A DNA stretch of 64,000 nt from an uncultured delta proteobacterium. Lineage in GTDB: Bacteria > Desulfobacterota > Binatia > Binatales > Binataceae. Both the position numbers and the translations under genes were made by a program. The notes beneath the pieces were generated by a model. The model had not been told where the DNA came from, searched no databases, and was given only the letters and a program-made list of their open reading frames with translations. The first letter of the stretch is position 1. The number at the start of each line of letters is the position of its first letter. The stretch is from positions 14,166 through 78,165 of the forward strand of contig CAWBGG010000004.1 of assembly GCA_963788205.1 (NCBI GenBank), given 5' to 3'. Of the stretch, positions 46,293 through 55,379 are shown piece after piece.

Positions 46293-47654
46293 CTACAAGG
46301 CAGCGGACTTTGCGTCCGACGGTAGGTTACGCTCCGCCAGCCGCTCGCGCATCAGGCGATGGCTTTCGCGCGTGATCGGGTAGCGCGAGAACACCGCGGC
46401 GCTCAGCAGGAAGATGATGCAGGGCACGAGCGAAAACATCCGGCGCAGATTTTCGGCCGCCGCCGGCGAGATCGGCGCGCCGCCCGGCACGTAGCCGATC
46501 CAGTCCATCAGCGGACCAACCATCAGCATCGTACACCCGATCGCCAGCTTGACCGCCATTGAGGTGAGCCCGACGTAGGCGCCTTCCTGGCGGCGTCCGG
46601 TGCGCTCCTCATCCCATTCGATCACGTTGGCCGAGGCCGAAACCTGCGTGACCCAGATGCCGATCGCGGAGAAGCCCGAGAACGCCATCAGGGAATAGAT
46701 CGCGATCGAGTTGGCGGGCCCGACTGCCATGAAGGCGAGTAGGGCGCCCGCGTTGCACAGCATCGCGACCACGAACGCCGGCTTTTTTTCGATCCGGATC
46801 GTGATCCTGAACCAGAACGGATACGAGAGCATCGAGCCCGCGAAGTAAGCGAGCAGCCATCGCGCGGCCGCGTTCTCGTCGTGATACCAGTACTTGGCCA
46901 GAAAGCGCATCAGGACGGCGGGCACGTTGACCGCCATCACGGCCAGCGCGGTCGCGACCAGCAAAATAACGAACGGCCGGTTCTGGAAGGTCGAGCGGAC
47001 CGATTCGCGCAGGCCGAATTGCTCGCGATGGGCAAACTCGGGGCGCTCGGCGGTGTTGGCATAGGCGATCGCCGCGCCGCCGCACACTATTAGCGCCGCT
47101 ATCGCACCGGTGACGCGGAAATCGGTACCGGGCGCCAGCAACCATGACGCGCCGAACGGAATCAGCGCGCCGGTCACGTCGCCGATGGTGCCGAACAGTT
47201 GGCGATAAGTTGAAAGCCGCGTGCGTTCGTCGTAGTCCAGCGTCAGCTCGGGCATCAGGGCGCCGTAAGCGGTCTCGTAGAGCTTGCGCGCGGTGAGCAT
47301 CAGGAAATAAAAGCCCAGGAACCAGGCGAACAGCAGCGCCGGCGCCTGCGGGGGCGTCAGCAGCAGAAAGTAGCAGAGGCCCATCGGCGCCGCGCTCAGG
47401 AAAAAGGGGCGGCGGCGCCCGGAGCGAAAGCGCGCCCGATCGGAAACGTTGCCCGCCAGCGGATCGGTCAGCGCGTCGAGTGCGAGCGCGAGGAAGAAGG
47501 CAAGTCCCGCCAGCGCTGGAGAGAGCCCTCTGCGGTCGGTATAGAAGTAGAGCAGATGCAATCCCAGCAGCGTGGCGCAAAAATTGAGGCCGAGTTGCGC
47601 CTGCGAGTATGCGAACAAGGTCGCGGCCCCGACTTTTTCGTTGCGATCCGCCAC
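46293..47654 (-). CDS. MFS transporter (glycoside-pentoside-hexuronide:cation symporter-like)
   Basis: 453-aa polytopic ORF with GTG start. LALDALTDPLAGNVSDR...GRRRPF is the typical GPH motif. Confidence 0.8.
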   Translation of the reverse strand: MADRNEKVGAATLFAYSQAQLGLNFCATLLGLHLLYFYTDRRGLSPALAGLAFFLALALDALTDPLAGNVSDRARFRSGRRRPFFLSAAPMGLCYFLLLTPPQAPALLFAWFLGFYFLMLTARKLYETAYGALMPELTLDYDERTRLSTYRQLFGTIGDVTGALIPFGASWLLAPGTDFRVTGAIAALIVCGGAAIAYANTAERPEFAHREQFGLRESVRSTFQNRPFVILLVATALAVMAVNVPAVLMRFLAKYWYHDENAAARWLLAYFAGSMLSYPFWFRITIRIEKKPAFVVAMLCNAGALLAFMAVGPANSIAIYSLMAFSGFSAIGIWVTQVSASANVIEWDEERTGRRQEGAYVGLTSMAVKLAIGCTMLMVGPLMDWIGYVPGGAPISPAAAENLRRMFSLVPCIIFLLSAAVFSRYPITRESHRLMRERLAERNLPSDAKSAAL

Positions 47655-47678
47655 GGTCTCGCGAGAGTATCCGATAAA

Positions 47679-48344
47679 GTGGACTTTCCAAACAGCCGAA
47701 CTTGTGCGGCAAAAACAGGTCTGCGCCGTTGGTTCCGAGGCGCGCTGGCGGCCGCGTCGATAGCGCTATTGTTCGCGGCGTGTGCGGCGCGCCAGGGCGC
47801 CGGCGCGGCAGGGCCGGAGGCCGCCTCAAGCGCGAGTCAGACGCCGCTGATCGCGACCATCCAAATCGATTACTCGCGCCGCGACGACTTTCTCCGTTCC
47901 GTTACGGCGACCAAGTTCACCGCCGCGGACGTGATTCCGATCGCGGCCCGCGACGAAAAGCCCGGCACCTCGATCGTCCGCTTCGAGGGCGGCGGCGTGC
48001 CCGTATGGCAATTCCACGCCGACGAAGGCGTAATGCGCGAGCTGCTCACCGAGGTTCCGCTGATCGCGGCCGGTCGCAAGTACGCCGTCAGCAAGCTCAG
48101 ATATGGCGAGCTGCCGAAAAACTTTCTTCAGGACATCCCCGAGGTGGGACCTCCCGAGCCGCTGGAGCCCGGCAGCTACTACGTATTCGAAGTCGATCGC
48201 GCTTCCGGTTCGACCAACTTCGACGCGATCAAGATCGACCCCGACGGCACGATCGAAAGCTACGAGGCGCAGCCGCGCGCTGGTGAGAGTTACGCGCTCT
48301 GCTGCAACGTGAGTCCGGGTTTTGCCGGCGCCAATCCGCCCTGA
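47679..48344 (+). CDS. Hypothetical lipoprotein
   Basis: ORF track 47556-48344. The in-frame GTG at 47679 avoids overlap with the divergent MFS gene. Lipobox-like LLFAAC. No family recognised. Confidence 0.45.
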   Translation: MDFPNSRTCAAKTGLRRWFRGALAAASIALLFAACAARQGAGAAGPEAASSASQTPLIATIQIDYSRRDDFLRSVTATKFTAADVIPIAARDEKPGTSIVRFEGGGVPVWQFHADEGVMRELLTEVPLIAAGRKYAVSKLRYGELPKNFLQDIPEVGPPEPLEPGSYYVFEVDRASGSTNFDAIKIDPDGTIESYEAQPRAGESYALCCNVSPGFAGANPP

Positions 48345-48459
48345 ACGACCGCTTCAGTTTTCAAATTCGCATCTGAACCGCTGGTACGCGTATCGCACGC
48401 CGCGTTGATTGCGCACTCCAGTTATGAATATAGATTCATTTCTGAATTGAAGGTCGGAA

Positions 48460-49110
48460 TTGACTGAACATTCAGTTCTTGCTACGAACCACAACGAAAT
48501 GGCGCAGTTAGCCGAGCAGTTGCATCCGCCGCGAAACCGGTTCGATCGTCGGCGTGAGAAGACCCGGCTAGATCTGCTCGAAGCTGCCCTACGCGTAATC
48601 GCCCGCAAGGGATTCCATGAGACGCGCATCGCCGACCTCGCCAGCGAGGCCGATGTAGGACTGGGGACTTTCTATCTCCATTTCAAAACCAAGAACGAAA
48701 TATTTCGCGAGCTGATCGAGCAAGGCGCCGGCCAGTTGCTCGAGTTGACGCGGCAGGCGAAGGCCGGCGTCCAGACCGCAGCCGCCAAGCTCGAGATCAC
48801 GGTGAACACGGTGCTCGACGCGGCGGCGGAAAATCGCGAAGCATTCCGAATCGTGTTCGGGCACGGACCCGCATTCCTGGATTTGATGGTGCGCGTGCAC
48901 GAGATGTTTATCGAAGATTTGCGCGGCGACTTGGCGCCGATGGTCGGAGCCAAGGCCGACGCGATCGCCAACCTCACCATCGGGATGCTCTCGCAAGCGA
49001 TCGCGTGGCTGCTGGATCGCAGCAGCCTGTCGCTCGCCGAGCTGAAGGGAATCACGGTGAATTTCGCGCTGGGCGGTCTTGAGCGCACGATTGCGCTGCC
49101 GGCCCGCTGA
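48460..49110 (+). CDS. TetR/AcrR-family transcriptional regulator
   Basis: 216-aa ORF. LLEAALRVIARKGFHETRIADLASEADVGLGTFYLHFKTKNEIF is a TetR HTH. Confidence 0.85.
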   Translation: MTEHSVLATNHNEMAQLAEQLHPPRNRFDRRREKTRLDLLEAALRVIARKGFHETRIADLASEADVGLGTFYLHFKTKNEIFRELIEQGAGQLLELTRQAKAGVQTAAAKLEITVNTVLDAAAENREAFRIVFGHGPAFLDLMVRVHEMFIEDLRGDLAPMVGAKADAIANLTIGMLSQAIAWLLDRSSLSLAELKGITVNFALGGLERTIALPAR

Positions 49111-49125
49111 ATCAGGAGGATTGCA

Positions 49126-50119
49126 ATGGAGAACGAACGGACCGCGGTGAAATCGGAGCAGGACAGCGTCTTCCACTGGAATTACGACATCCTGTTCCCG
49201 CAGATGGATCGGCTCTACGAAAACGCCAAGCGCGATCAGTGGAACGTTACCACGGCGCTCAATTGGGACCAGCCGATCGGCGGTGAAGTGCTCGACATGA
49301 GCGCGATGCCGATGTTCCAGACCGAGCTGTACAAATCGCTGAGCGAGACCCAGAAGGATCAGCTCATGCGCAAGTTCGCGGCCTGGCGCCTCTCCCAGTT
49401 CCTGCACGGCGAGCAGGGCGCGCTGATGGTGTGCGGGCAGTTGGTCGACGCGGTTCCCGACCTCGACGCCAAAATGTGCGCGGCCGCCCAGGTGATGGAC
49501 GAGGCCCGCCACGTCGAAGGCTTCCGCAAATACATCACCAAGCTCGACAAGATTTATCCGATCGATCCCACGCTCGATCGGTTGCTGAGCGGAATCATCA
49601 AGCACGAGCGCTGGGAGCCCAAGTACGTCGGGATGCAGATCGTGGCCGAGGGGCTGGCGCTCGCGGCCTTCCGCTTCATGCACGACGAGACCAAGGACCC
49701 GCTGCTGAAAGAACTGCTCCAATACATCATGAAGGACGAGTCGCGCCACGTCGGGTTCGGGATGCTGGCGCTGCGCGACGCATGCCGCAAGCTCAACGGC
49801 AAGGAGAAAAAAGACCTCGAAGACTTCACCTTCGCGGCCTGCGACATGATGGTGACCAAGGTCACCGACGGCGTGCCGCGCGACGGCTTCCTCTCAGGCG
49901 TCGGGATCTTCGACGAGGTCGGCATCTCGATGAGCGACATCGAGGAAGAGTCTGCGCCGCGATCCCAACTGGCAGAAGGCCGAGAACGAGATGGAGCAGC
50001 GCTTCAACTCATTCCTGTTCGTCGACACGATTATCCCGTGCTTGCGCCAGATCGATCTGATCAACCAGCGCACCGAGCCCTGGTATCGCGAGCTCGGCGT
50101 GATGCAGATGGCGGCGTAG
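49126..50119 (+). pseudogene. Ferritin-like diiron protein (AurF/R2-like oxygenase fold), 1-nt frameshift at about 49931-49950 (or consensus error)
   Basis: Two ExxH motifs (DEARHVEGF, DESRHVGFG). After ...SMSDIEE the track frame turns Arg-rich. The +1 frame reads KSLRRDPNWQKAENEMEQRFNSFLFVDTIIPCLRQIDLINQRTEPWYRELGVMQMAA, with stop at 50117-50119. Confidence 0.7.
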
Positions 50120-50180
50120 CGCGCTCAAATCAGGGTTGCGTCCCTCTTTCCGACCTAAGAGAGGGTTCAAGGGCAAGGGC

Positions 50181-50217
50181 AACAGGGGCCGGCTTCCAAG
50201 CCGGCCCCTGTTCTTTT
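50181..50217 (+). terminator. Rho-independent terminator after the diiron gene
   Basis: Stem AACAGGGGCCGGC / GCCGGCCCCTGTT with loop TTCCAA, followed by CTTTT. Confidence 0.7.
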
Positions 50218-50301
50218 GAGGGTTGGCAGTTTCGGCACGCATCCGCGTCGTCTCGCGCTGCGTTTGCGCGCACCGCCTCGGAGTCAGAGAATTGCAGCGC
50301 A

Positions 50302-51099
50302 ATGTTTCGCGATTACACCATTGTTCTCTGGCTGTTGAAACTCGGGAGTTTGATCAATCTGTATTTCCTGGTGAACACACTTCCGCTCGCATCGAGTAAC
50401 GCGGATGCGTACATCGTCCTGCCTGCGCAAATTCTTTTCGCCGTGTCCGCCTATCGGTGCCTTTTCCCGGTTCGGTACGAGCACAACGTGGTCTTCCACG
50501 ATTCCATCTTCTCTTCGATCTTCGTGACGCGGCTGTTCGCCACATTCTCCGAGATCGCCTACATCTTTTTGTTTTCTCACGTCCTTCGCCTGCTCAATAT
50601 AGATCAAGTGCAATGGGTGATCGTCCTTTCCTGGCTGATGGTTGCGCAGGTCGTGATCAGCCAGGGTTTCGTTTGGGCTGCCATACTGACCGAGCAGTTC
50701 GAGCTCTACTACTACGAGGAACTAGGCTGGGCGCTCATCTTCGCGGCGAACACGATTGCCAGTGCATACCTCTACCTGACCGTCGGCGCACTCGGGGGTA
50801 GGGAAGTTCTTCTCAAGCTGAACCTGCTCTTTGGCGCTGTGTATCTGCCCTGGCAGGTCATTCACCTGGCTACCTTGCGAGCGAATGCGAGGAGGAACAG
50901 GGGGAGGACCGGAGCAGGCTCGGCGTCGATTTCGATGCGGTTGGCAACCGGCCTGAAGCGGGCCGTCTGGGTGAAAACCAGACGAACGGATGCCGATTCC
51001 TGGGGTGGATTTATCGGCCTGACTTGGATGACAGGTTACTGGGCAACGCTGATTCCGATGTGGGTGTATTACATCGTGGGAGTGCTCCGTGCACACTGA
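50302..51099 (+). CDS. Hypothetical polytopic membrane protein (about 7 TM, low GC)
   Basis: ATG 50302 lies within the artificially fused ORF 49126-51099. MFRDYTIVLWLLKLGSLINLYFLV... Several hydrophobic helices. GC visibly lower than neighbours. No family recognised. Confidence 0.55.
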   Translation: MFRDYTIVLWLLKLGSLINLYFLVNTLPLASSNADAYIVLPAQILFAVSAYRCLFPVRYEHNVVFHDSIFSSIFVTRLFATFSEIAYIFLFSHVLRLLNIDQVQWVIVLSWLMVAQVVISQGFVWAAILTEQFELYYYEELGWALIFAANTIASAYLYLTVGALGGREVLLKLNLLFGAVYLPWQVIHLATLRANARRNRGRTGAGSASISMRLATGLKRAVWVKTRRTDADSWGGFIGLTWMTGYWATLIPMWVYYIVGVLRAH

Positions 51100-51239
51100 A
51101 CCCGAGGTCCTGCCCGGCGTGTCAAGCTTGCGAACCGGCGCCCACCATTCCCTTTTCTTGCAAACCCTGAGTTGTAGTGCGAACATTGCAGGCTAAAGGG
51201 GAACTCCTATCGAAACTCGCCGACAAGGAGCACAGAATC

Positions 51240-51632
51240 ATGGATCCTGCGACTATGGCGGCGGTGACCGTTGCCGCGGTATCGCCTTATCTGGTTGAGG
51301 TCGCGAAAGGGGCTGCCGGCAAAGTTGGCGAGGCGGCCTACGAGGGCAGCGCAAAGCTGTGGAGGTTCCTCAAGAATAAGTTTACTGGCGGCGATGAGAA
51401 AGCCCTGGCCCGGATCGAGGGCGAGCCGGAGAACGCCGACAATCAGGCAGCCCTGCGGATCGTATTGAAGGAATGGGTTGAGCGGGAGCCAACCTTTCGC
51501 GACGAACTCGCCGCTTTGCTGAATGCGCTGCCGAAAACAGCCCCGCAACAATTCGCCAACGTCGTTGGAGACGACAACGTAGTGGTGGAGGCGGCTGGGA
51601 GTAACACGATCTCTATCGGCGGCCGCAAGTGA
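51240..51632 (+). CDS. Small helical protein upstream of (or N-terminal module of) the STAND NTPase
   Basis: ATG 51240 preceded by AAGGAG. 130 aa: MDPATMAAVTVAAVSPYLVEVAKGAAGKVGEAAYEG...NVVGDDNVVVEAAGSNTISIGGRK. The stop overlaps the next GTG start (GTGA at 51629-51632). Confidence 0.55.
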   Translation: MDPATMAAVTVAAVSPYLVEVAKGAAGKVGEAAYEGSAKLWRFLKNKFTGGDEKALARIEGEPENADNQAALRIVLKEWVEREPTFRDELAALLNALPKTAPQQFANVVGDDNVVVEAAGSNTISIGGRK

Positions 51633-52990
51633 CGAGGGATCCCGGCACAACACCGCCGCCGGGTGGGCAGAGTACCGTCAGCGGAAACTACAACATCATC
51701 GTTCAGGCCAACGGCGATGGGATCACGATCGACGTCAACCGCGGCCCGCATCTGACGCTCAACGCGCGGCATCGGTTCGCGCGCGCGCCGGGCAAATATC
51801 TCGACCTGCTCAACCCGATCAACCGCGCCATCCCGATGGTCGGGCGCGACGCCGAAATGCGCAGTCTCGAAGCTTGGCTCGGCAGCGGCGGTCCGATCTC
51901 GGTTCGATGCCTGATCGGCGGCGCCGGCAGCGGCAAGACCCGGCTTGCGCTGGAGCTTTGCGCGCAGGCGGATGAGCGCGGCTGGTTCGCGGGATTTGTC
52001 GATCACGATGAGCTGATCCGTTTTCACAGCCAGCAAAACCTTGCCTCCTGGGGTTGGCCCAAGGCGACGCTGATCGTCGTCGATTATGCGGCGGCCAAGG
52101 CACAAGTGTTGCGCGAGTGGCTGGCCGAGCTGGTGAAAGGACCGGGCCGCGCCAAAGAGCCGCCGCTGCGGTTGCTGTTGCTGGAGCGTCACGCGGATGC
52201 GGGCCTGGGCTGGTGGCCGGACCTGACGACGCCGCGCGGCTGGGCGGAAGAGGGCCTGCGCGATTTGTTCGATCCGGTTGAACCCGTTCCTTTGCACAAC
52301 ATCCGCGACATCGAAAAACGGCGGCAGATTCTGGAAACGGTGATGGCCGCGGCGTCGAAGATCGCCGGCAAATCAAAGCCGTTGCGTCCTCCGGCCAAGG
52401 GGTCTGATCCAGACTTCGACCGCAGGCTCGCCGATCCCGAACTGGAGTTTGCCCCGTTGCACCTGATGATGGCGGGCGTACTCGGTGTCGAGCATGGCGT
52501 CCCTCGATTGCTCGCTCTGGGTCCTACCGCGATGGCACAAGAGCTGGCCAATTTCGAGCTCGGTCGAATCGACACGCTGGCTAGGGACCGGCGCTTGGAC
52601 TTTCATTTTCTGCGCTATCTTGCCGCCGGGATAACGCTCGCCGGGGGCCTCTCGCGGGACGATCTGGCAAAAGTTATCGCGAGCGAGAGCCAGGCGGTGG
52701 GGTTCACCGACCCGACCCTGACAGTTGAGCGCGCCCTGCTCGACGCGTTGCCCCGCGAACGCGCGGATCAGGTCGGAGCTATTCTGCCTGATCTGATCGG
52801 CGAAGCAGCCGTAGTCAAGGTGATCGTGTCGGCTTGCTGCTTCGGCGCCAATCAAGCGATGGCACAAGCGTGCGCCAATCGCCGTTATGTCGGCCCTGAT
52901 CCGCACCATCCAGGACTATGCGACCAGGGACGATCATCCGGGCATCGGATGGTTCGACGGGATCGTCGCAGACGCCAGCGATGTAAATGA
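51629..52990 (+). CDS. STAND-type P-loop NTPase (NB-ARC-like)
   Basis: Walker A GGAGSGKT (51917-51940), Walker B TLIVVDYA, then RLLLLER. The last ~35 aa of the track ORF look out of frame. Overlaps the TPR ORF by 104 nt in another frame. Confidence 0.7.
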   Translation: MTRDPGTTPPPGGQSTVSGNYNIIVQANGDGITIDVNRGPHLTLNARHRFARAPGKYLDLLNPINRAIPMVGRDAEMRSLEAWLGSGGPISVRCLIGGAGSGKTRLALELCAQADERGWFAGFVDHDELIRFHSQQNLASWGWPKATLIVVDYAAAKAQVLREWLAELVKGPGRAKEPPLRLLLLERHADAGLGWWPDLTTPRGWAEEGLRDLFDPVEPVPLHNIRDIEKRRQILETVMAAASKIAGKSKPLRPPAKGSDPDFDRRLADPELEFAPLHLMMAGVLGVEHGVPRLLALGPTAMAQELANFELGRIDTLARDRRLDFHFLRYLAAGITLAGGLSRDDLAKVIASESQAVGFTDPTLTVERALLDALPRERADQVGAILPDLIGEAAVVKVIVSACCFGANQAMAQACANRRYVGPDPHHPGLCDQGRSSGHRMVRRDRRRRQRCK

Positions 52991-54209
52991 CCTGATGAGC
53001 ATTGCCAATCAGCTACCGGAACAAACCGTGGTATTTCGCGAGCGCGCTGCCGGTGTACAAGCTGCGATAGTCCAATCGCTCGGAAGCTTGCGGGGCGGGT
53101 CCGAGACCCAGGAGCTGGCGGACGTCCTCGCTTCGTCGCTCAACAAGCTGGCCTACAGGCTGAGCGAGTTGGGGCGGCGCGAAGAGACCTTGGCGGCCGC
53201 GCAAGAAGCGGTCGATATCCGCCGCGAGCTGGCGGCGGTGCGCCCTGACGCATTCCGCCCCGACCTTGCCGGCTCACTCAACAACTTGGCCAGCAGTCTG
53301 AGCGGGTTGGGGCGGCGCAAAGAGGCCCTGGCGGTCGCGCAAGAAGCGGTCGAACTCTATCGCGAGTTGGCGGCGGCGCGCCCCGACGCCTTCCGTGCCG
53401 ACCTCGCCGCGTCGCTCAACAACTTGGCCAACAGCCTGCGCGAGTTGGGGCGGCGCGAAGAGACCCTGGCGGCCACGCAAGAAGCGGTCGCACTCCATAG
53501 GGAGCTGGCGGCGGCGCACCCGGACACCTTCCACCCCCGTCTCGCCGGGTCGCTCAACAACTTGGCCATCAGGCTGAGCGAGTTGGGGCGACGCGAAGAG
53601 GCCGCTGCGGTAGCGGAAGAAGCGGTCGAACTCTATCGGGAGCTGGCGGCGGCGCGCCCGGATGCCTTCCGCCCCGACCTCGCCATGTCGCTTACCAACC
53701 TGGCCGCCATGCTGAGCGAGTTGGAGCATCGCGAAGAGGCCTTGGCGGCCGCGCAAGAAGCGGCCACACTCTGTCGGGAGCTGGCGGGGGCGCGCCCGGA
53801 CGCCTTCCGTCCCGACCTCGCCGGGTCGCTCAACAACCTGGCCAACAGGCTGAGAGAGTTGGGGCGGCGCGAAGAGGCCTTGACGACCGGGCAAGAAGCG
53901 GCCGCACTCTATCGGGAGCTGGCGGGGGCGCGCCCGGACGCCTTCCGCCCCGACCTCGCTACGTCGCTTTCAGTCATGGCCGACTGCCTGGAGGACGTGG
54001 AACGGCTCGAGGAGGCAGACCATGCCGATACCGAAGCTGTGGTAGCACTTTCGCCGTATTTCATCGCTCAACCGCGCGCCTTCGCAAGACGCATGGGTGC
54101 GATCGTTCAATGTTATCTACAGCGCCGCGAAAACCTTAGGCGTGAGCCCGATATGGAGCTGGTCGGGCCAATCCTCGCGGTCTTCAAGAAACTGCAGGAG
54201 GGCGGCTGA
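52887..54209 (+). CDS. TPR-repeat protein (probably the C-terminal sensor part of the STAND NTPase)
   Basis: About seven 42-aa repeats: LAxSLNNLAxRLSELGRREEALAAAQEAVELYRELAAARPDAFRPD. The frame is open upstream to about 52825, consistent with a frameshift fusion to 51629-52990. Confidence 0.7.
   Translation: MSALIRTIQDYATRDDHPGIGWFDGIVADASDVNDLMSIANQLPEQTVVFRERAAGVQAAIVQSLGSLRGGSETQELADVLASSLNKLAYRLSELGRREETLAAAQEAVDIRRELAAVRPDAFRPDLAGSLNNLASSLSGLGRRKEALAVAQEAVELYRELAAARPDAFRADLAASLNNLANSLRELGRREETLAATQEAVALHRELAAAHPDTFHPRLAGSLNNLAIRLSELGRREEAAAVAEEAVELYRELAAARPDAFRPDLAMSLTNLAAMLSELEHREEALAAAQEAATLCRELAGARPDAFRPDLAGSLNNLANRLRELGRREEALTTGQEAAALYRELAGARPDAFRPDLATSLSVMADCLEDVERLEEADHADTEAVVALSPYFIAQPRAFARRMGAIVQCYLQRRENLRREPDMELVGPILAVFKKLQEGG
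53100..53960 (+). repeat. Tandem 126-nt (42-codon) TPR-coding repeats with high nucleotide similarity
   Basis: Recurrent strings GAGTTGGGGCGGCGCGAAGAG and CGCCCNGACGCCTTCCGNCCCGACCTCGCC at 126-nt spacing. Confidence 0.8.
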
Positions 54210-54239
54210 TTTCCTTATTTCCCGAACCAGCACCCTTCC

Positions 54240-54269
54240 TTGACTGCGATTCGGGGTGGCTCTTATAGT
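54240..54269 (+). promoter_or_regulatory. Candidate sigma70-like promoter for the nuoI-like / thiC gene set
   Basis: TTGACT (54240-54245), 18-nt spacer, TATAGT (54264-54269). An ~80-nt leader with two small hairpins precedes ATG 54349. Confidence 0.35.
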
Positions 54270-54348
54270 GGCGTTGAAAACGCCTCCGGAAGGCTTTCCG
54301 TGTCCGGAGAAACCCCCACGCTGACGAGGCTTTGGCGGCAACCTGACG

Positions 54349-55056
54349 ATGAAACGACGCGGCGAAATGACCCTTTCGGAGCGGCTTTATCTGCCTGAGA
54401 TTTTGAAGGGGTTGGTCGTAACCAACTACCATTTTGTCCGCAACCTCTCGTTGCACATCGCGCACATGATGGGGCTGGCGCGCAATCGCCGCGCCGCCAC
54501 TACCGTGCAGTATCCCGAACAGCGCAAGCCGTATTCCGACGGCTATCGCGGCAGCCATCGGTTGACGCTCAAGCCCGACGGCTCGGTGCGCTGCACGTCG
54601 TGCTTTCTGTGCGCTACTGCCTGCCCCGCGCAATGCATCTATATCGAAGCGGGAGAGTCTCCCGATCCCCACATCGAGAAGTTCCCGCTGCGCTACGAGA
54701 TCGACACGCTGCGATGCATCTACTGCGGATTCTGCGTCGAGGCTTGCCCGTGCGACGCGATCAGGATGGACACTTACGTGCATCCGCGGATCTGGGGTTT
54801 CGATCGCAAGGACTTTATCGAGCCCAAGGAAGTCCTGATGCATCGCTCGCAGGTGCTCGAGCAAAAGGGGCGCGAAGGCAACATGCGCGAGATGCTGGAC
54901 TGGTATGACGATCAGGCGCGGCAGGTCTACGTCCCGACGCGCCCCGAACTCAAGACCTGGACCGAGCGCGACGTGGCCCATCCGTGGGACAAGCAGCCGC
55001 AGCCGCACGCGATCCCGGCGCTGGACCGCCATCACCAGCACAACGGCGGCAAGTAG
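54349..55056 (+). CDS. NuoI-like 2x[4Fe-4S] ferredoxin protein (NADH-quinone oxidoreductase subunit I family), stand-alone
   Basis: 235-aa ORF. CTSCFLCATACP and CIYCGFCVEACP cluster motifs in a NuoI-like context, plus a ~90-aa C-terminal extension. No other nuo genes in the window. Confidence 0.75.
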   Translation: MKRRGEMTLSERLYLPEILKGLVVTNYHFVRNLSLHIAHMMGLARNRRAATTVQYPEQRKPYSDGYRGSHRLTLKPDGSVRCTSCFLCATACPAQCIYIEAGESPDPHIEKFPLRYEIDTLRCIYCGFCVEACPCDAIRMDTYVHPRIWGFDRKDFIEPKEVLMHRSQVLEQKGREGNMREMLDWYDDQARQVYVPTRPELKTWTERDVAHPWDKQPQPHAIPALDRHHQHNGGK

Positions 55057-55062
55057 CAGGCG

Positions 55063-55311
55063 ATGACGCGCGTTACGATCGGGCTGACGATACTGGGCCT
55101 CGTGGTGCTGTTCATCGCGTACGCGAAGGGCGTGAGCGTGATCCATGGCGGCGATACGGTGAGCCATATGTACTGGGCGACCGGCGCGTTGGTGCTGGTG
55201 GCGCTCGCCAACTTTATCGCGGTGGCGCATCTGGCGCGCGCCGAGCGGATGCTCCAGCGGCTGCGCGCGCTATGCGAGCAGCACGGCATCCCGTTTGAGG
55301 GTCTGGAGTAA
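55063..55311 (+). CDS. Small membrane protein (2 TM)
   Basis: 82-aa ORF. IGLTILGLVVLFIAY and ATGALVLVALANFIAVA helices. Tightly spaced after the nuoI-like gene. Confidence 0.45.
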   Translation: MTRVTIGLTILGLVVLFIAYAKGVSVIHGGDTVSHMYWATGALVLVALANFIAVAHLARAERMLQRLRALCEQHGIPFEGLE

Positions 55312-55379
55312 TATACTAGCGATTGGCCGCCGGCGGCTGCCGGCTGTAAGCCATCATCGTCGATGGGTCGAGGGCTCAA

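Noticed and set aside
49126-51099. A single 657-aa ORF fusing the diiron protein to the membrane protein
   Set aside because: The middle ~120 aa are Arg-rich nonsense that reads across a rho-independent terminator (50181-50217). The real diiron C-terminus is in the +1 frame and stops at 50119. The membrane protein has its own ATG at 50302.
55057-55379. An expected TPP (THI-box) riboswitch in front of thiC
   Set aside because: No CTGAGA box or pyrimidine-sensor helix sequence is visible by eye on either strand, here or upstream of the nuoI-like gene. I cannot run a covariance model, so absence is not proven.
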